IMG/VR virus record: IMGVR_UViG_3300027754_005796
Location: 32,001-96,000 of that record
DNA length: 64,000 nucleotides
Reading direction: 5' to 3' (one strand)
Source: a virus
Made by a program: the position numbers and the translations under genes. A model generated the notes under the pieces. That model was not told the origin of the DNA. It saw only the letters and a list, made by a program, of their open reading frames with translations, and did not search any database. Below, piece after piece: positions 46,427 to 56,186 of this stretch. Each line of letters opens with the position of its first letter. Positions within the stretch are counted from its first letter, which is position 1.

Positions 46427-46826
46427 GGGAGAATTAGAACTCCTTAAAAAACTTTTGATCAATGCGACAGATAGTGAAAACTATTTAGTTCGTCTTTACC
46501 AGAATGATCCAACTTTGGATGATGCTACAACTCTGACAGATTTTACTCAGACTACCTTTACAAGCTACGCTGAAACAACTATGGTTCGTGGCGTTGCTGG
46601 AAACTGTTGGGCCACTCCATCTACGGTTTCAGACAAGGCCCAATCTAGCGGAACTGCACAATCATGGACTTGTGGCGCAACAGGAGACACCATCATTGGT
46701 TACTATGTCGTAGGAAGTTCAAGTAATAAGGTTTTGTGGGCTGAGAAGTTCAGTACGGCTAGAGTTCTCGCTTCAGGCGACATTCTCAATCTTACTCCAC
46801 AATTCACTCTGAACAGCGCAAACTAA
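46404..46826 (+). CDS. probable virion/tail structural protein
   Basis: GGAGG RBS; Thr-rich beta protein MALVVPNEGE..LY.N..GYYV..WAE.F. Confidence 0.6.
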   Translation: MALVVPNEGELELLKKLLINATDSENYLVRLYQNDPTLDDATTLTDFTQTTFTSYAETTMVRGVAGNCWATPSTVSDKAQSSGTAQSWTCGATGDTIIGYYVVGSSSNKVLWAEKFSTARVLASGDILNLTPQFTLNSAN

Positions 46827-46840
46827 TTTTTAATATCATA

Positions 46841-46868
46841 AAATCCCCGGTCTTTGGCTGGGGATTTT
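46841..46868 (+). terminator. intrinsic terminator
   Basis: aaatccccggtc-ttt-ggctggggattt plus T-run. Confidence 0.75.
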
Positions 46869-46893
46869 GTTTTTTGTCAGAGTACATATTTAC

Positions 46894-48561
46894 ATGCCTG
46901 AAGAATTTGATGAATATGCTGATGGTGGTGTACTCGCCGGAGGATCATGGGGGACCACTTTCCCCATCACGGGTTCCGGTGGAGTTACAATTGCTGGTAA
47001 TTCCACATCTAATATAAGTGTAGCATTTGATCTTGAAGGTGAATGGTATGTAAACGCCTATGTATTCTTTGATTTGGAAGCCAATTGGGGTTTAGGCGAA
47101 CAACCATTAAGTTGGTATAGGGTACAAGGATGCTGCAATTATCCAACCGCTGCTGGAAGTGGATTGCCAACAGGTCCACAATATCCCGGCGGTTGCGATG
47201 TAATGGGCATTCAGACCGATGATGCCAATTGCGTTGGTGCGATAGGAAAGCAGCAGTTTATTCAAAATATTCTTGCAAGAAGCGTAATCGATGTTTGCAA
47301 CGAATTGACTAGAAGCAAGTTGCGATGGCAGATTTGTAGTATAAAAAAGTGGAGTCGTCCTGCTGATCCCACTTATATATCTGCCGAAGATACCTGCAAT
47401 ACTCTTACTGAAGTTCCTTATTCTTCGATACCAGAGTGTATAGAATTTGTTCTTCAGACCAAAGCCACGGTTATGATTGGCGTAACCATCACTTTATACG
47501 AAGATTTTCAGGTAGCCTCATCTCAAAGCGGAAAAACACGGCTGTCATATGTCGGTGGCAGTTATTTGGACGGTATGCAAAATATCGTTACCGGTCCAAC
47601 AACAGTTCAAACCGTGAGTGTTTTTGGAAATGCAGCAACGATTATCCAAAGTGGTGGTACAACTCCGACCACAAATGAATACTTTTTTGGGAGCAATGGC
47701 GGTGCTAAATGTGGTGGAGTAGCAGTAGTTGCCCACTTGTCTCAAAGCGGTGTCTCTAAAGATTTGGCAGAATATCTCGTAAGTATTGACTGTAAAGTAT
47801 TCATTCCAGATAATCCAAATACAGGTTTGCCATTTGAAGAAATTATCTTTGGCGAACCGACAATTACCACCGCTTCTTTGATTTTGCCTACAGGTATTGT
47901 GACAACAGCTTGCGGATCATGTGATGCAATGCCGTTGAACATTTATATGCAACACAATTTGGCAAATGCTGGTGTGTTAAATAATTTCTTGATCAGAAAT
48001 GGTTTGACTTTTGCAAATGTTTTGCAATTAAGCTACAACAGTAATTTAAGCATGTGGGTTGCTGTTCAGCATTTCAATGGGATTGCCGATGATAATGCTA
48101 ACACAGAAGCTTGGCGATTTACATTTGATCTAGATTGCACAAATGAAGTTGCAGGAGATTCAACGGGTGCTTCTGTAATTAAATTTGGTGTGACGGTGAC
48201 GAGAAAAAACAACTTCACAAATGTTGTTTATGACAGCAGAATTATGATTCTGTTGCCTTCGATTGACACATGCAATTTCATCAGAAATTTTTATACAGAC
48301 TTGAACATATCATTAAATACAAAAACTAATTACATTTTGAATGACGCTCAAGTTGTCCCAGATACTGTTATCCTTTATGATAAGATAGGAATGTTTGCCA
48401 CGACTTACTGGAACAAAAGCCCTGAAATATTGTTAAGATTTTCAAGGCAAAACATGGAAATTAAGTACGATAGGCGAAACATCGGAAGCCTGTTCCCGAA
48501 GGCTGTGAGCTATCGAGGAGTCGGTTCTCAGGTCAGTCCGACACCCACGGCAATTGCTTAA
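46894..48561 (+). CDS. probable virion structural protein
   Basis: Gly/Thr/Cys-rich, GG(V/A)xxGG motifs; follows a structural-type gene. Confidence 0.55.
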   Translation: MPEEFDEYADGGVLAGGSWGTTFPITGSGGVTIAGNSTSNISVAFDLEGEWYVNAYVFFDLEANWGLGEQPLSWYRVQGCCNYPTAAGSGLPTGPQYPGGCDVMGIQTDDANCVGAIGKQQFIQNILARSVIDVCNELTRSKLRWQICSIKKWSRPADPTYISAEDTCNTLTEVPYSSIPECIEFVLQTKATVMIGVTITLYEDFQVASSQSGKTRLSYVGGSYLDGMQNIVTGPTTVQTVSVFGNAATIIQSGGTTPTTNEYFFGSNGGAKCGGVAVVAHLSQSGVSKDLAEYLVSIDCKVFIPDNPNTGLPFEEIIFGEPTITTASLILPTGIVTTACGSCDAMPLNIYMQHNLANAGVLNNFLIRNGLTFANVLQLSYNSNLSMWVAVQHFNGIADDNANTEAWRFTFDLDCTNEVAGDSTGASVIKFGVTVTRKNNFTNVVYDSRIMILLPSIDTCNFIRNFYTDLNISLNTKTNYILNDAQVVPDTVILYDKIGMFATTYWNKSPEILLRFSRQNMEIKYDRRNIGSLFPKAVSYRGVGSQVSPTPTAIA

Positions 48562-48572
48562 AGGTTGATCAC

Positions 48573-48914
48573 ATGGAATTTTATGGAATTATTTTTATTT
48601 TGATTTTAGGTTTTTTAAATTTAACCCTACTTTTCTTTCTTGGAACATTTATTGTTCGCATGAACGAGAGGCTTAATTCAATTCTGACCGATCTTGTTGA
48701 TGTGATAGGCTCGAGCATGACTACGGTTCCTCCAGATGATTCGGATGTACAGCAAAAAACATGGGATCAGAAATTTGAAGAGCAAATAGATGCTGCTACT
48801 CGGCGCATGAGGGCCACATCAAATCTGAAGGATTTGCCTGTTGGAGCAACCTATGAATCGCAGAATACTTTGAACAAAAAAGCTAATGATGGCTTGATTA
48901 TTATTGATAAATAA
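48573..48914 (+). CDS. membrane protein
   Basis: N-terminal TM. Confidence 0.7.
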   Translation: MEFYGIIFILILGFLNLTLLFFLGTFIVRMNERLNSILTDLVDVIGSSMTTVPPDDSDVQQKTWDQKFEEQIDAATRRMRATSNLKDLPVGATYESQNTLNKKANDGLIIIDK

Positions 48915-48928
48915 TTTAATTTTGTGGC

Positions 48929-49966
48929 ATGGGGGTTATCATGACGCAAAGGCGATTGAAGTACAAGAAATTTGATTCTGGGCGCAGGTTTGGTGTTGAA
49001 ATTGAGGTCGGTAGCGACATCAAGAAAAAAGAAGTCCAGCAGGCAATTAAGACTGTTTCAAATTTGCAAGTTTATGTTTCCAGATATTCCCTTACAACAA
49101 ATAATATTTATTGGCATGTCAAGGACGATTCAAGTTGTGGAAACAGGGGAAGAACTGGTCCCAAAGGTGTTGAAATTGCATCTTTTATTGGAAGAGGAGT
49201 TGCGGATATCAACCACATCTGTGAAGTTGCTGCAAAACTCAAGGAAATAGGTTGCAAGGTAAATGATTTTTGTGGTTTGCATATTCACGCAGAAGTTGTT
49301 GATCTTTCAATCAAACAAGTGGCTACGATTGCGGCCTATTGGATGAAGATAGAAAATGTTTTGTCCATGTCTCTTCCTCCAAGAAGAATTAGAAATCACT
49401 TTTGTCAGTTCATGTTCGATCCCAGAAGTATTCATCTTTTTAAAGAAGGAGTGGAATCATTTGGTCAAATCTTAAGTCGCCAATGTCGTTACAGTCCAGA
49501 AATTTTTTGGACTGTAATTTGCCCGAAAGACATATCTTTTTATGATAATGCGGAGCGTAGGTTTAATTTAAATCTTGTCAACTTCGTCAGAGCAAGAAAA
49601 TATCCGGCTTCAGCCCGTGGCACTATTGAATTGCGGTGGCCAGAGGGCACTCTTGAACCACTAGACATCCGTTGTTGGATCAAATTATTTTTAAATTTCA
49701 TCGAATCGTGTAAAAATAAGCCTATGCCCAAGAATCTTTTGCCATGTGATTTGAAGACAGCACTTGAGTACCTTGGGTTGCATCACAATAAAAAATCATT
49801 TTTTGTTCTTAGTTCTGGCATTCATGAAACCAAAACTTGGTTTCTAAACAGAATATTACAAATGCCACCAAGTGATCAACTCAATGAGTCTGTTCAAGAG
49901 GAAATACGGTTGGATGCAACTAGTATTCTGAACGACATGTGGAGTCCCATCAAAAAATACTCTTGA
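48929..49966 (+). CDS. putative amidoligase (COOH-NH2 ligase family)
   Basis: RFGVEIE, WHVKDDSS, GVEIAS, CGLHIH, TIELR. Confidence 0.85.
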   Translation: MGVIMTQRRLKYKKFDSGRRFGVEIEVGSDIKKKEVQQAIKTVSNLQVYVSRYSLTTNNIYWHVKDDSSCGNRGRTGPKGVEIASFIGRGVADINHICEVAAKLKEIGCKVNDFCGLHIHAEVVDLSIKQVATIAAYWMKIENVLSMSLPPRRIRNHFCQFMFDPRSIHLFKEGVESFGQILSRQCRYSPEIFWTVICPKDISFYDNAERRFNLNLVNFVRARKYPASARGTIELRWPEGTLEPLDIRCWIKLFLNFIESCKNKPMPKNLLPCDLKTALEYLGLHHNKKSFFVLSSGIHETKTWFLNRILQMPPSDQLNESVQEEIRLDATSILNDMWSPIKKYS

Positions 49967-50023
49967 ACCACTATCATACATTGACTGTTTAACTTTAACT
50001 TTAAAAACCACAAAAGGAACTTT

Positions 50024-50557
50024 ATGAAACTCACAGACCGTAATCAATTGATTTCAGGGAACATGGACTTGGCGAGAAAGGTTGCTCGCTACAAAAAAAA
50101 GAGTCTTTTCAATGTTTACTTAGAAGACTTAGAGGCAGCAGCTTTTCTGGGTCTTGTTCAGGCAGCAGGGTCTTTTCAACCGGAAAAATGCGAAGACTTT
50201 CAGGCTTTTGCTGTTCGTCGCATAATTGGCGCAGTTCAAGATTATTTGCGGGAATTGTCTTGGGGCAAGAGAAGCAATTGCTGGAATCGTGAAGATTCAG
50301 ATGAACTGTTGAAGTTGGAATATGAGCCACAAAGACAACATGATTTTGAAATTTTCGAGACAATAATAAGCTGTTTGCCGCATCGTTGGAAAATAGTAGT
50401 CAGAAAGTATTATCTGCACGGCGAATCATTAAAAATGATTGCAGAATATTTGGGCATCACAGAGGGTAGAGTTTCGCACTTGTTGTCACAAGCCAAGATG
50501 AAAATGCAAGTTTTTTGGGAAAAAGACAACATTCAATTATGGGAGTCTGTGGCTTAA
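50024..50557 (+). CDS. RNA polymerase sigma factor (FliA/WhiG-like, regions 2 and 4)
   Basis: EDL..AA.LGLVQAA.SF.P..F.AFA.RRIIGAVQDYLR; SLKMIAEYLGITEGRVSHL. Confidence 0.9.
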   Translation: MKLTDRNQLISGNMDLARKVARYKKKSLFNVYLEDLEAAAFLGLVQAAGSFQPEKCEDFQAFAVRRIIGAVQDYLRELSWGKRSNCWNREDSDELLKLEYEPQRQHDFEIFETIISCLPHRWKIVVRKYYLHGESLKMIAEYLGITEGRVSHLLSQAKMKMQVFWEKDNIQLWESVA

Positions 50558-50582
50558 ATACAGCATAGAAGCGGAGAGCATT

Positions 50583-51446
50583 ATGAAAAAATATCTAAGC
50601 ATTTCTTTGATTATGTTTTTGCTTGTTCCGACATATGCTCAAGAGCCAGCAACTGAAACGCCTCCCGTTGATCCAGAACTAAAAGATTTGTCTTGGAACA
50701 GGTATGCAACAAAAAGTTTCACAATTCTCAGCATAGACAATGAAAAGGGCAAATGGCTTTCGGAAAATGTTGAGGAAATCAAAGCCTCCTCTTTAACTCG
50801 ATGGGGATTCCCAGATGTAAAATTCAGCAAGGAATGTCGTCTTTTTGCTGTGCCTAATTTTAGCTTGTTGCAAAAGCTTTTTAATTCGACTGCTCCAAGA
50901 GTCCAGTTTAGAAAAGAACTCAATGCAGCATGGTTGGTTGTTGATGATAAACCAAATAAAACCGTTCTTCCATATGTGACTCAGGTGGCTCTGGCAGAAT
51001 ATGAAAATGGACACAACACCACGCTGCCTTGGTGGTTTAAAAGAGGGGCAATCAACCTCAACTCTTCGGTTGTTGATGTGCGACAAAGTTTAAAGAATTT
51101 CTATGATTTGGCAAGAAAAGAGCAGTTTTCTTTTACGACCGAGCAGATGTTGCAATTCACCGAAGATGATTACAACAAGCAAAACATGGACAACAAGAAG
51201 ATTTTTGATCAGCAGTCCATGTGTCTGTGTCTATTGCTTCGCAAGGAGTTTGGCGAAGCCAAGTTGCAAGGTTTTTTAAGAATGCAAAGTAAGAATAAGC
51301 CCGAAGATGTTTTGAATGTCGTGTATGGCTTTAAAAGTTACTCTCAGTTTGAAAAAAGTTATATTCAATTTATGAAGGACCTTACTTCCGATGTTGACGA
51401 CAACGATTGTCCAGATGCCTATCTGGAAATAATCGCTGCTCGATGA
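50583..51446 (+). CDS. secreted peptidase-MA-like protein, HExxH apparently lost
   Basis: Signal peptide; VLPYVTQV..LPWWFKRG where active members have HExxH..PxWxxEG. Confidence 0.5.
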   Translation: MKKYLSISLIMFLLVPTYAQEPATETPPVDPELKDLSWNRYATKSFTILSIDNEKGKWLSENVEEIKASSLTRWGFPDVKFSKECRLFAVPNFSLLQKLFNSTAPRVQFRKELNAAWLVVDDKPNKTVLPYVTQVALAEYENGHNTTLPWWFKRGAINLNSSVVDVRQSLKNFYDLARKEQFSFTTEQMLQFTEDDYNKQNMDNKKIFDQQSMCLCLLLRKEFGEAKLQGFLRMQSKNKPEDVLNVVYGFKSYSQFEKSYIQFMKDLTSDVDDNDCPDAYLEIIAAR

Positions 51447-51464
51447 CAAAGGTTAGGAGAACAA

Positions 51465-51761
51465 ATGCTATTGATTTTATCTTGGTTATTATTTGGTTTG
51501 CTGGTAGGATATTTGTCCAAGTTGCTACATCCGGGTGATGACCCTGTTGGATTTCTACCCACTTTGGGAATTGGAGTTGTTGGTTCATTTATCGGTGGTT
51601 TTATCAATTGGTTATTGAGTTTTGGGAATGGCCCATTTCAGGCATCTGGATTGATAATGTCTGTACTTGGCGGTGTTGTTTGTTGCGTGGCTTACCGATA
51701 TTATCGATTGAAGATGAAGTCGGATGGTCCCAGAAGTTTTATAAGTGGCAAAAAGCTCTGA
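51465..51761 (+). CDS. GlsB/YeaQ/YmgE (transglycosylase-associated) membrane protein
   Basis: WLLFGLLVG.LSK.L.PG....G...T..IGVVGSFIGG...G.IMSVLG. Confidence 0.88.
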   Translation: MLLILSWLLFGLLVGYLSKLLHPGDDPVGFLPTLGIGVVGSFIGGFINWLLSFGNGPFQASGLIMSVLGGVVCCVAYRYYRLKMKSDGPRSFISGKKL

Positions 51762-51799
51762 TAACTTGAATCATCGCCAGCATTTGGATAAAATTTGAT

Positions 51800-52021
51800 A
51801 TGTTAGACCAAAATGTTGTATCTAAACTAAAAGAAAAGTATTTGCACTTGCATCCGCTGCTTTTTGCACGGTCTGTTGAACGAGCACGAAGCAACGGCGA
51901 TCTTTTCGATATTGTCGATACTGTTCCAAAAAATTTTCCTATTGTTTGGAATGAAAAAGAGCGTCGATGGCATTCCTTTTCTGACTTGTATCTCATCAAA
52001 GAACTTCATGAGCTCCAATAA
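51800..52021 (+). CDS. hypothetical protein
   Basis: 73-aa ORF. Confidence 0.65.
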   Translation: MLDQNVVSKLKEKYLHLHPLLFARSVERARSNGDLFDIVDTVPKNFPIVWNEKERRWHSFSDLYLIKELHELQ

Positions 52022-52026
52022 TAAAT

Positions 52027-52674
52027 ATGCGTTTATATGAAGAGTACCTGCAAAGGCATCAACTAACTGATATTCCAGTAGTTCATCATTGTCAAGCAGC
52101 ATCCGTGTTGCTGAAAATTAATGATATGGATTTGTTTTCAAGCGCACTCGAAAGAGACTTGTCTTCAAACATGCCTCCGTATGGTATCTTAAATTTGAGA
52201 TGGGAATATAACGATCATCATCCGGGTCATTATGAAATATTTTTTAGCTATCCTATTCATGATGGCTATAAAAACAATCCTTTTTCCACATGTTTGATAT
52301 CTACCATAAAATGGCATGAGTACGAGTCTTTTGTTCTTGGTTTTTGTGATAGGGTTAATGGTGTGACACCCGTAAGGGATCAAAAAATCATAAGTCTTGC
52401 TGCTTGGGAAATGTTTGTTTACTCTTATGATCATTGGTTTTTTAGTCAAAATGGCGAAATAAAATATTTGTTGTTTGAAAGTCTTGACAAAGACAACGAG
52501 TATGAAAAAAGATTAGGTTTTTGTCAAGAACTGGTCAGAAAATTATCTATAAACAATAGTCCTATCGTGCGTGTTTGGAAAAACGAGGTGTGTAATAAAG
52601 TCCAATATCATGCAGACTGGCTTGCAAATTTGATTGAAAAAAAATGTCAAAAAAATATTCTCCTGTTAGGCTAA
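52027..52674 (+). CDS. hypothetical protein
   Basis: 215-aa ORF. Confidence 0.7.
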   Translation: MRLYEEYLQRHQLTDIPVVHHCQAASVLLKINDMDLFSSALERDLSSNMPPYGILNLRWEYNDHHPGHYEIFFSYPIHDGYKNNPFSTCLISTIKWHEYESFVLGFCDRVNGVTPVRDQKIISLAAWEMFVYSYDHWFFSQNGEIKYLLFESLDKDNEYEKRLGFCQELVRKLSINNSPIVRVWKNEVCNKVQYHADWLANLIEKKCQKNILLLG

Positions 52675-53480
52675 GAAACCCTAACACAAAAAATCATACT
52701 GTCCGTCTCTTGTCTGGCCAAAAACTACATTTGGTTTTTGACGGGGAAAAATTTCTGGAATACAAACTTGACTTAAAAAGCTCATTCTTGGTTATTGAAG
52801 AAATTACGGAAATATCAAACGGTTGGATGGCATTTGTATCACAGGAATCCGTACCAAACTTTGATGAAAACACTCTCTTTCTTGGCGAGATTGACCTGTA
52901 TAGCGACAAAAACGAGATTGATGCATCTTTGTGCATCCTGTCTCAAAATCAAAACAATGATTTTTTAAGAATAATCAATCCAGTAAGCCAATCTTGTGTG
53001 CTCGAGCCAAATCAAGTTTTGGATGTTGTGTTCCAATCAGACGACTTATCAAAAAAGTTTTATCCCATAGTTGCCGGTAGCGATCTAGAACTTGAACTGA
53101 TTCAGCATCTGGTCCGAACTCCAAGAGTTCCTTTAAGCAATGCAGCCTGTGTTGAAAACTTTTTCAGGTTTAGATTTACATCTGAAAGCATTCATTATAT
53201 TTCCGAACAGCCTTACGCAAAATATAATGCTGGTATGATTCAGTTTGCGACAAATAAAAACGATGCTCATGAATTGAAAGTTGTTTGTTCATGGCGTGGC
53301 AAGCCATCCGTGTACAAAGCTCTTTTGTTGCCAAAAATTCCAAACTGCGATCTTGGTCAAGTGCGGAAATGTAAAAGGCAGATGATGCAGTCAAATGTGG
53401 TAGTTAAAAATGTAGATAGTGATAGTTTGGAAGACGGTTGTAATGTTTTGCTTTCAAAAAGCAATAGAGGCTTTTTATGA
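52644..53480 (+). CDS. hypothetical protein
   Basis: 278-aa ORF; possible internal duplication (LRNP..L..GQ.L.LVF / IINP..L..NQ.L.VVF). Confidence 0.7.
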   Translation: MSKKYSPVRLRNPNTKNHTVRLLSGQKLHLVFDGEKFLEYKLDLKSSFLVIEEITEISNGWMAFVSQESVPNFDENTLFLGEIDLYSDKNEIDASLCILSQNQNNDFLRIINPVSQSCVLEPNQVLDVVFQSDDLSKKFYPIVAGSDLELELIQHLVRTPRVPLSNAACVENFFRFRFTSESIHYISEQPYAKYNAGMIQFATNKNDAHELKVVCSWRGKPSVYKALLLPKIPNCDLGQVRKCKRQMMQSNVVVKNVDSDSLEDGCNVLLSKSNRGFL

Positions 53481-54139
53481 CGGCTGTCCTGCTTCCATCA
53501 AGAAATGTCATTCTTGCCTATTGTTCACCGCCCACCGGCAATTTTGGACTAGAGGCGGATGTGGCAGATAGAGTGGCAACTTGGGATCATTGCCGTGAAC
53601 AATTTGCAGCCAAGTTCAACGATAAGACCAAGGGTTTTTTCTTTTCACACAAAGATTGCAAAACTCAGGAACTTGCTGATTTTATCATTAGGTTTGAACA
53701 AATTGCACAGAGCAGTCGGAAAAATTTCCGCTTCAAATATTCGCAGTTTTCCCCGACATCATCAGTTAATATCACATACATTCAGCCGAGTAAATTTTGG
53801 CTTGATTGTTATTTTAAAAGGTCTTTGTTCACAATCTTATGTAGATGTGCAATCAATTACGAAGCAACTACAAGAAAATTTGAAGATGTTTTGTTTGACT
53901 CCAGAGTCAAAGATTCGGCATATTTAGTCGAGACTAAACCTGCGGTTTTACGATTTATGTTTGGTTTTACCAAATATGTGGGAATAAGTCCGGTTTTGGG
54001 AGAAAGCACCGTGATTAAGCATGGTTGGGTTGAAGAATTTCAAAAGTTAGATATACAAGCAATTAGAAAAAGGTTGGTTTTGCCAGACAATATGAAAAAA
54101 TACTCAAATATAGTTGGTACTGACTCTCTTTGGAATTAG
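53477..54139 (+). CDS. hypothetical protein, paralog of 25305-25865
   Basis: Shared WxxCRExF, FFSH and RSLFTIL motifs. Confidence 0.75.
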   Translation: MTAVLLPSRNVILAYCSPPTGNFGLEADVADRVATWDHCREQFAAKFNDKTKGFFFSHKDCKTQELADFIIRFEQIAQSSRKNFRFKYSQFSPTSSVNITYIQPSKFWLDCYFKRSLFTILCRCAINYEATTRKFEDVLFDSRVKDSAYLVETKPAVLRFMFGFTKYVGISPVLGESTVIKHGWVEEFQKLDIQAIRKRLVLPDNMKKYSNIVGTDSLWN

Positions 54140-54166
54140 CTATCATACATAACGAAGGGAGGCATT

Positions 54167-54721
54167 ATGGAAGATAGCAACTTGGATGTGGTCAACATAC
54201 AAGTAAGAAAAAAAGACAAAGATCACGATGATTTTGCGCCAGTTTGGATCAAAATTTTTGGCGGTTCCATACTAAGCGTGTCTTTTCTTTGTGCGATTAC
54301 TGTCACAGGTTATATTGTAGCCAATTTAAATAGTCTGCAATCTCAGATCAACACTCTGAATTCCCAGATGGTTACTAAAAGCGAACACAACGAGCGACAA
54401 AAAATACTATGGGATGGTTATACAAATCAGACAAAACAGTCTTTGGATGTTTTTTCCTCAGCTAAAGAAAGAATTAATTTTTTGGAGCAAGGATTGAAAG
54501 ATAGGCAAGCCTCTATTGAAAAAATTGAGATAAAACTAACAGTTCAAGAAAAAGCATTAGAATCTGCCAACAAGGAATTGGCTGGGCAAAAAGAGCGGTC
54601 CAACAGCTTGGAATCGAACAATTTGCAATTGCGAGATGAAATTAAAAGTGTTCAAAAGGATTTACAAAATTTTCGTGAGAGAGTTGCCAGCATCGAGGCA
54701 AAACTTGGCGAAAAAAAGTAG
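54167..54721 (+). CDS. membrane-anchored long coiled-coil protein
   Basis: GGAGG RBS; TM followed by ~130 aa of heptads. Confidence 0.75.
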   Translation: MEDSNLDVVNIQVRKKDKDHDDFAPVWIKIFGGSILSVSFLCAITVTGYIVANLNSLQSQINTLNSQMVTKSEHNERQKILWDGYTNQTKQSLDVFSSAKERINFLEQGLKDRQASIEKIEIKLTVQEKALESANKELAGQKERSNSLESNNLQLRDEIKSVQKDLQNFRERVASIEAKLGEKK

Positions 54722-54732
54722 GATCATAACAA

Positions 54733-55530
54733 ATGTCTTGGTTTTTCACAGCCGATACCCATTTTAGTCACGGCAATATTATCAAATATTGCAAAAGACC
54801 TTTCCTTGATTTTGTCGATCAAGGAATTTGCGATCTCATCTCACTAGGAACAATTCCAGCCCGAGAATTTGTTGTTTCGGAACAAACTGTGGCTGAAATG
54901 GATTCTTGTATCATTGATAGCATCAATTCATTAGTTGATAAACATGATAATTTGGTTATTGTAGGAGATTTTTGTTTTGCTAAGGGCAGAAGCAAAGTTG
55001 AGAAAGCTAGGAGTTACAGAGAAAGAATTAATTGTCAAAATGTGTATTTGATATTGGGAAATCATGATAATCGTGATGTATTGAAGCCTCTATTTAATGC
55101 AATTTACGAAAACTATCTATTTCAGATTGATGGGCAACAAATATTTGCAAGTCATTATCCTGCAAGATCATGGAACAGGGCAGCTTATGGAAGCTGGATG
55201 GTTTACGGCCATGTACATAATTCATTGCATTCTGAGGACAATGGAGAATTGTCACGATACAAAAAAAAGATTTATGGAGAGGGATTTGCCAAAGTTCTTA
55301 GGGAAAAGCTTGATTTACAGGTAGATGATGCCTTGATTAATGCTCTTTTGGAGGTATGCGCCTCAACTAATGGCGTTGATTTAACAGTCGATGTGGGAGT
55401 TGATAATCATCGTGCTGGTACTACATTTGGCACCCCTTGGAGCATGGATGACCTCAGAAAATACATGTCTCAAAAGCGTGTACTATGGGGAATTAGAAAC
55501 AAAATTTTTCAAGAATTGAAAAGATGTTGA
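54733..55530 (+). CDS. calcineurin-like metallophosphoesterase
   Basis: DTHFSH, VGD, GNHD, SHYP, GHVH, DVGVD. Confidence 0.9.
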   Translation: MSWFFTADTHFSHGNIIKYCKRPFLDFVDQGICDLISLGTIPAREFVVSEQTVAEMDSCIIDSINSLVDKHDNLVIVGDFCFAKGRSKVEKARSYRERINCQNVYLILGNHDNRDVLKPLFNAIYENYLFQIDGQQIFASHYPARSWNRAAYGSWMVYGHVHNSLHSEDNGELSRYKKKIYGEGFAKVLREKLDLQVDDALINALLEVCASTNGVDLTVDVGVDNHRAGTTFGTPWSMDDLRKYMSQKRVLWGIRNKIFQELKRC

Positions 55531-55636
55531 CATGCGACAACATTCGTGCAATATTGTTTTCTCTGGCGCACACTTGGTTTCAAGTTGCAGGTATAAGGAT
55601 GCGTCACCTTAACCTGAAGTTTGTGAGATTCGACAG

Positions 55637-56029
55637 ATGAACAGGAAGTTTGTTGCTCTTGCTCTGGTTGTTGTCGTCGCTTCTTCTGCATCTGCTGGTC
55701 CTTTCGGGCTGCTTGGCAGACGGGGTGGAGGTACGACAGCCACAAGCAATCAAAACACTCAAGGAGGAACTGTTTACCAGCAATCTAGGTTTACAGTAGC
55801 CAACGCTTTTCTGGGATCGGCTCAGGGCGTGGCAAATCATCTCGCCTCTCTGGGCAGAATTGGGCACTTTGGTGGCAATTCTTACGCTTATGAAGGTGTA
55901 GGAATGGGAGTTTCCCCCGATCACGCTCTTCATAATTGCTGCAACAATGGTGGCGCAGTTGCAGACTATGGAGTGTGCCAAGGGGTCAATGGCATGTGGT
56001 ATGCGTGTAAACGCTATCACAGTAGATAG
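55637..56029 (+). CDS. secreted small Cys-containing protein (CAP-like C-terminus)
   Basis: Signal peptide; GHFGG..YEGVG.G.SP..A..NCC...WYAC.RY. Confidence 0.65.
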   Translation: MNRKFVALALVVVVASSASAGPFGLLGRRGGGTTATSNQNTQGGTVYQQSRFTVANAFLGSAQGVANHLASLGRIGHFGGNSYAYEGVGMGVSPDHALHNCCNNGGAVADYGVCQGVNGMWYACKRYHSR

Positions 56030-56054
56030 TTTCGCATTTTTAGCATTTTTGCTT

Positions 56055-56089
56055 AGGGAGACCGAATTCAATTCGGTCTCCCTTTTTTT
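56055..56089 (+). terminator. intrinsic terminator
   Basis: agggagaccgaat-tca-attcggtctccct plus T-run. Confidence 0.85.
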
Positions 56090-56186
56090 GTAATCACACT
56101 ATTTTAAATACAAGCTTGTTTTTTTTAGTTCGACTCTCAATAACTCTCGTCTTATAATTTATTGCCCATAATAAAAGGAACATAAT

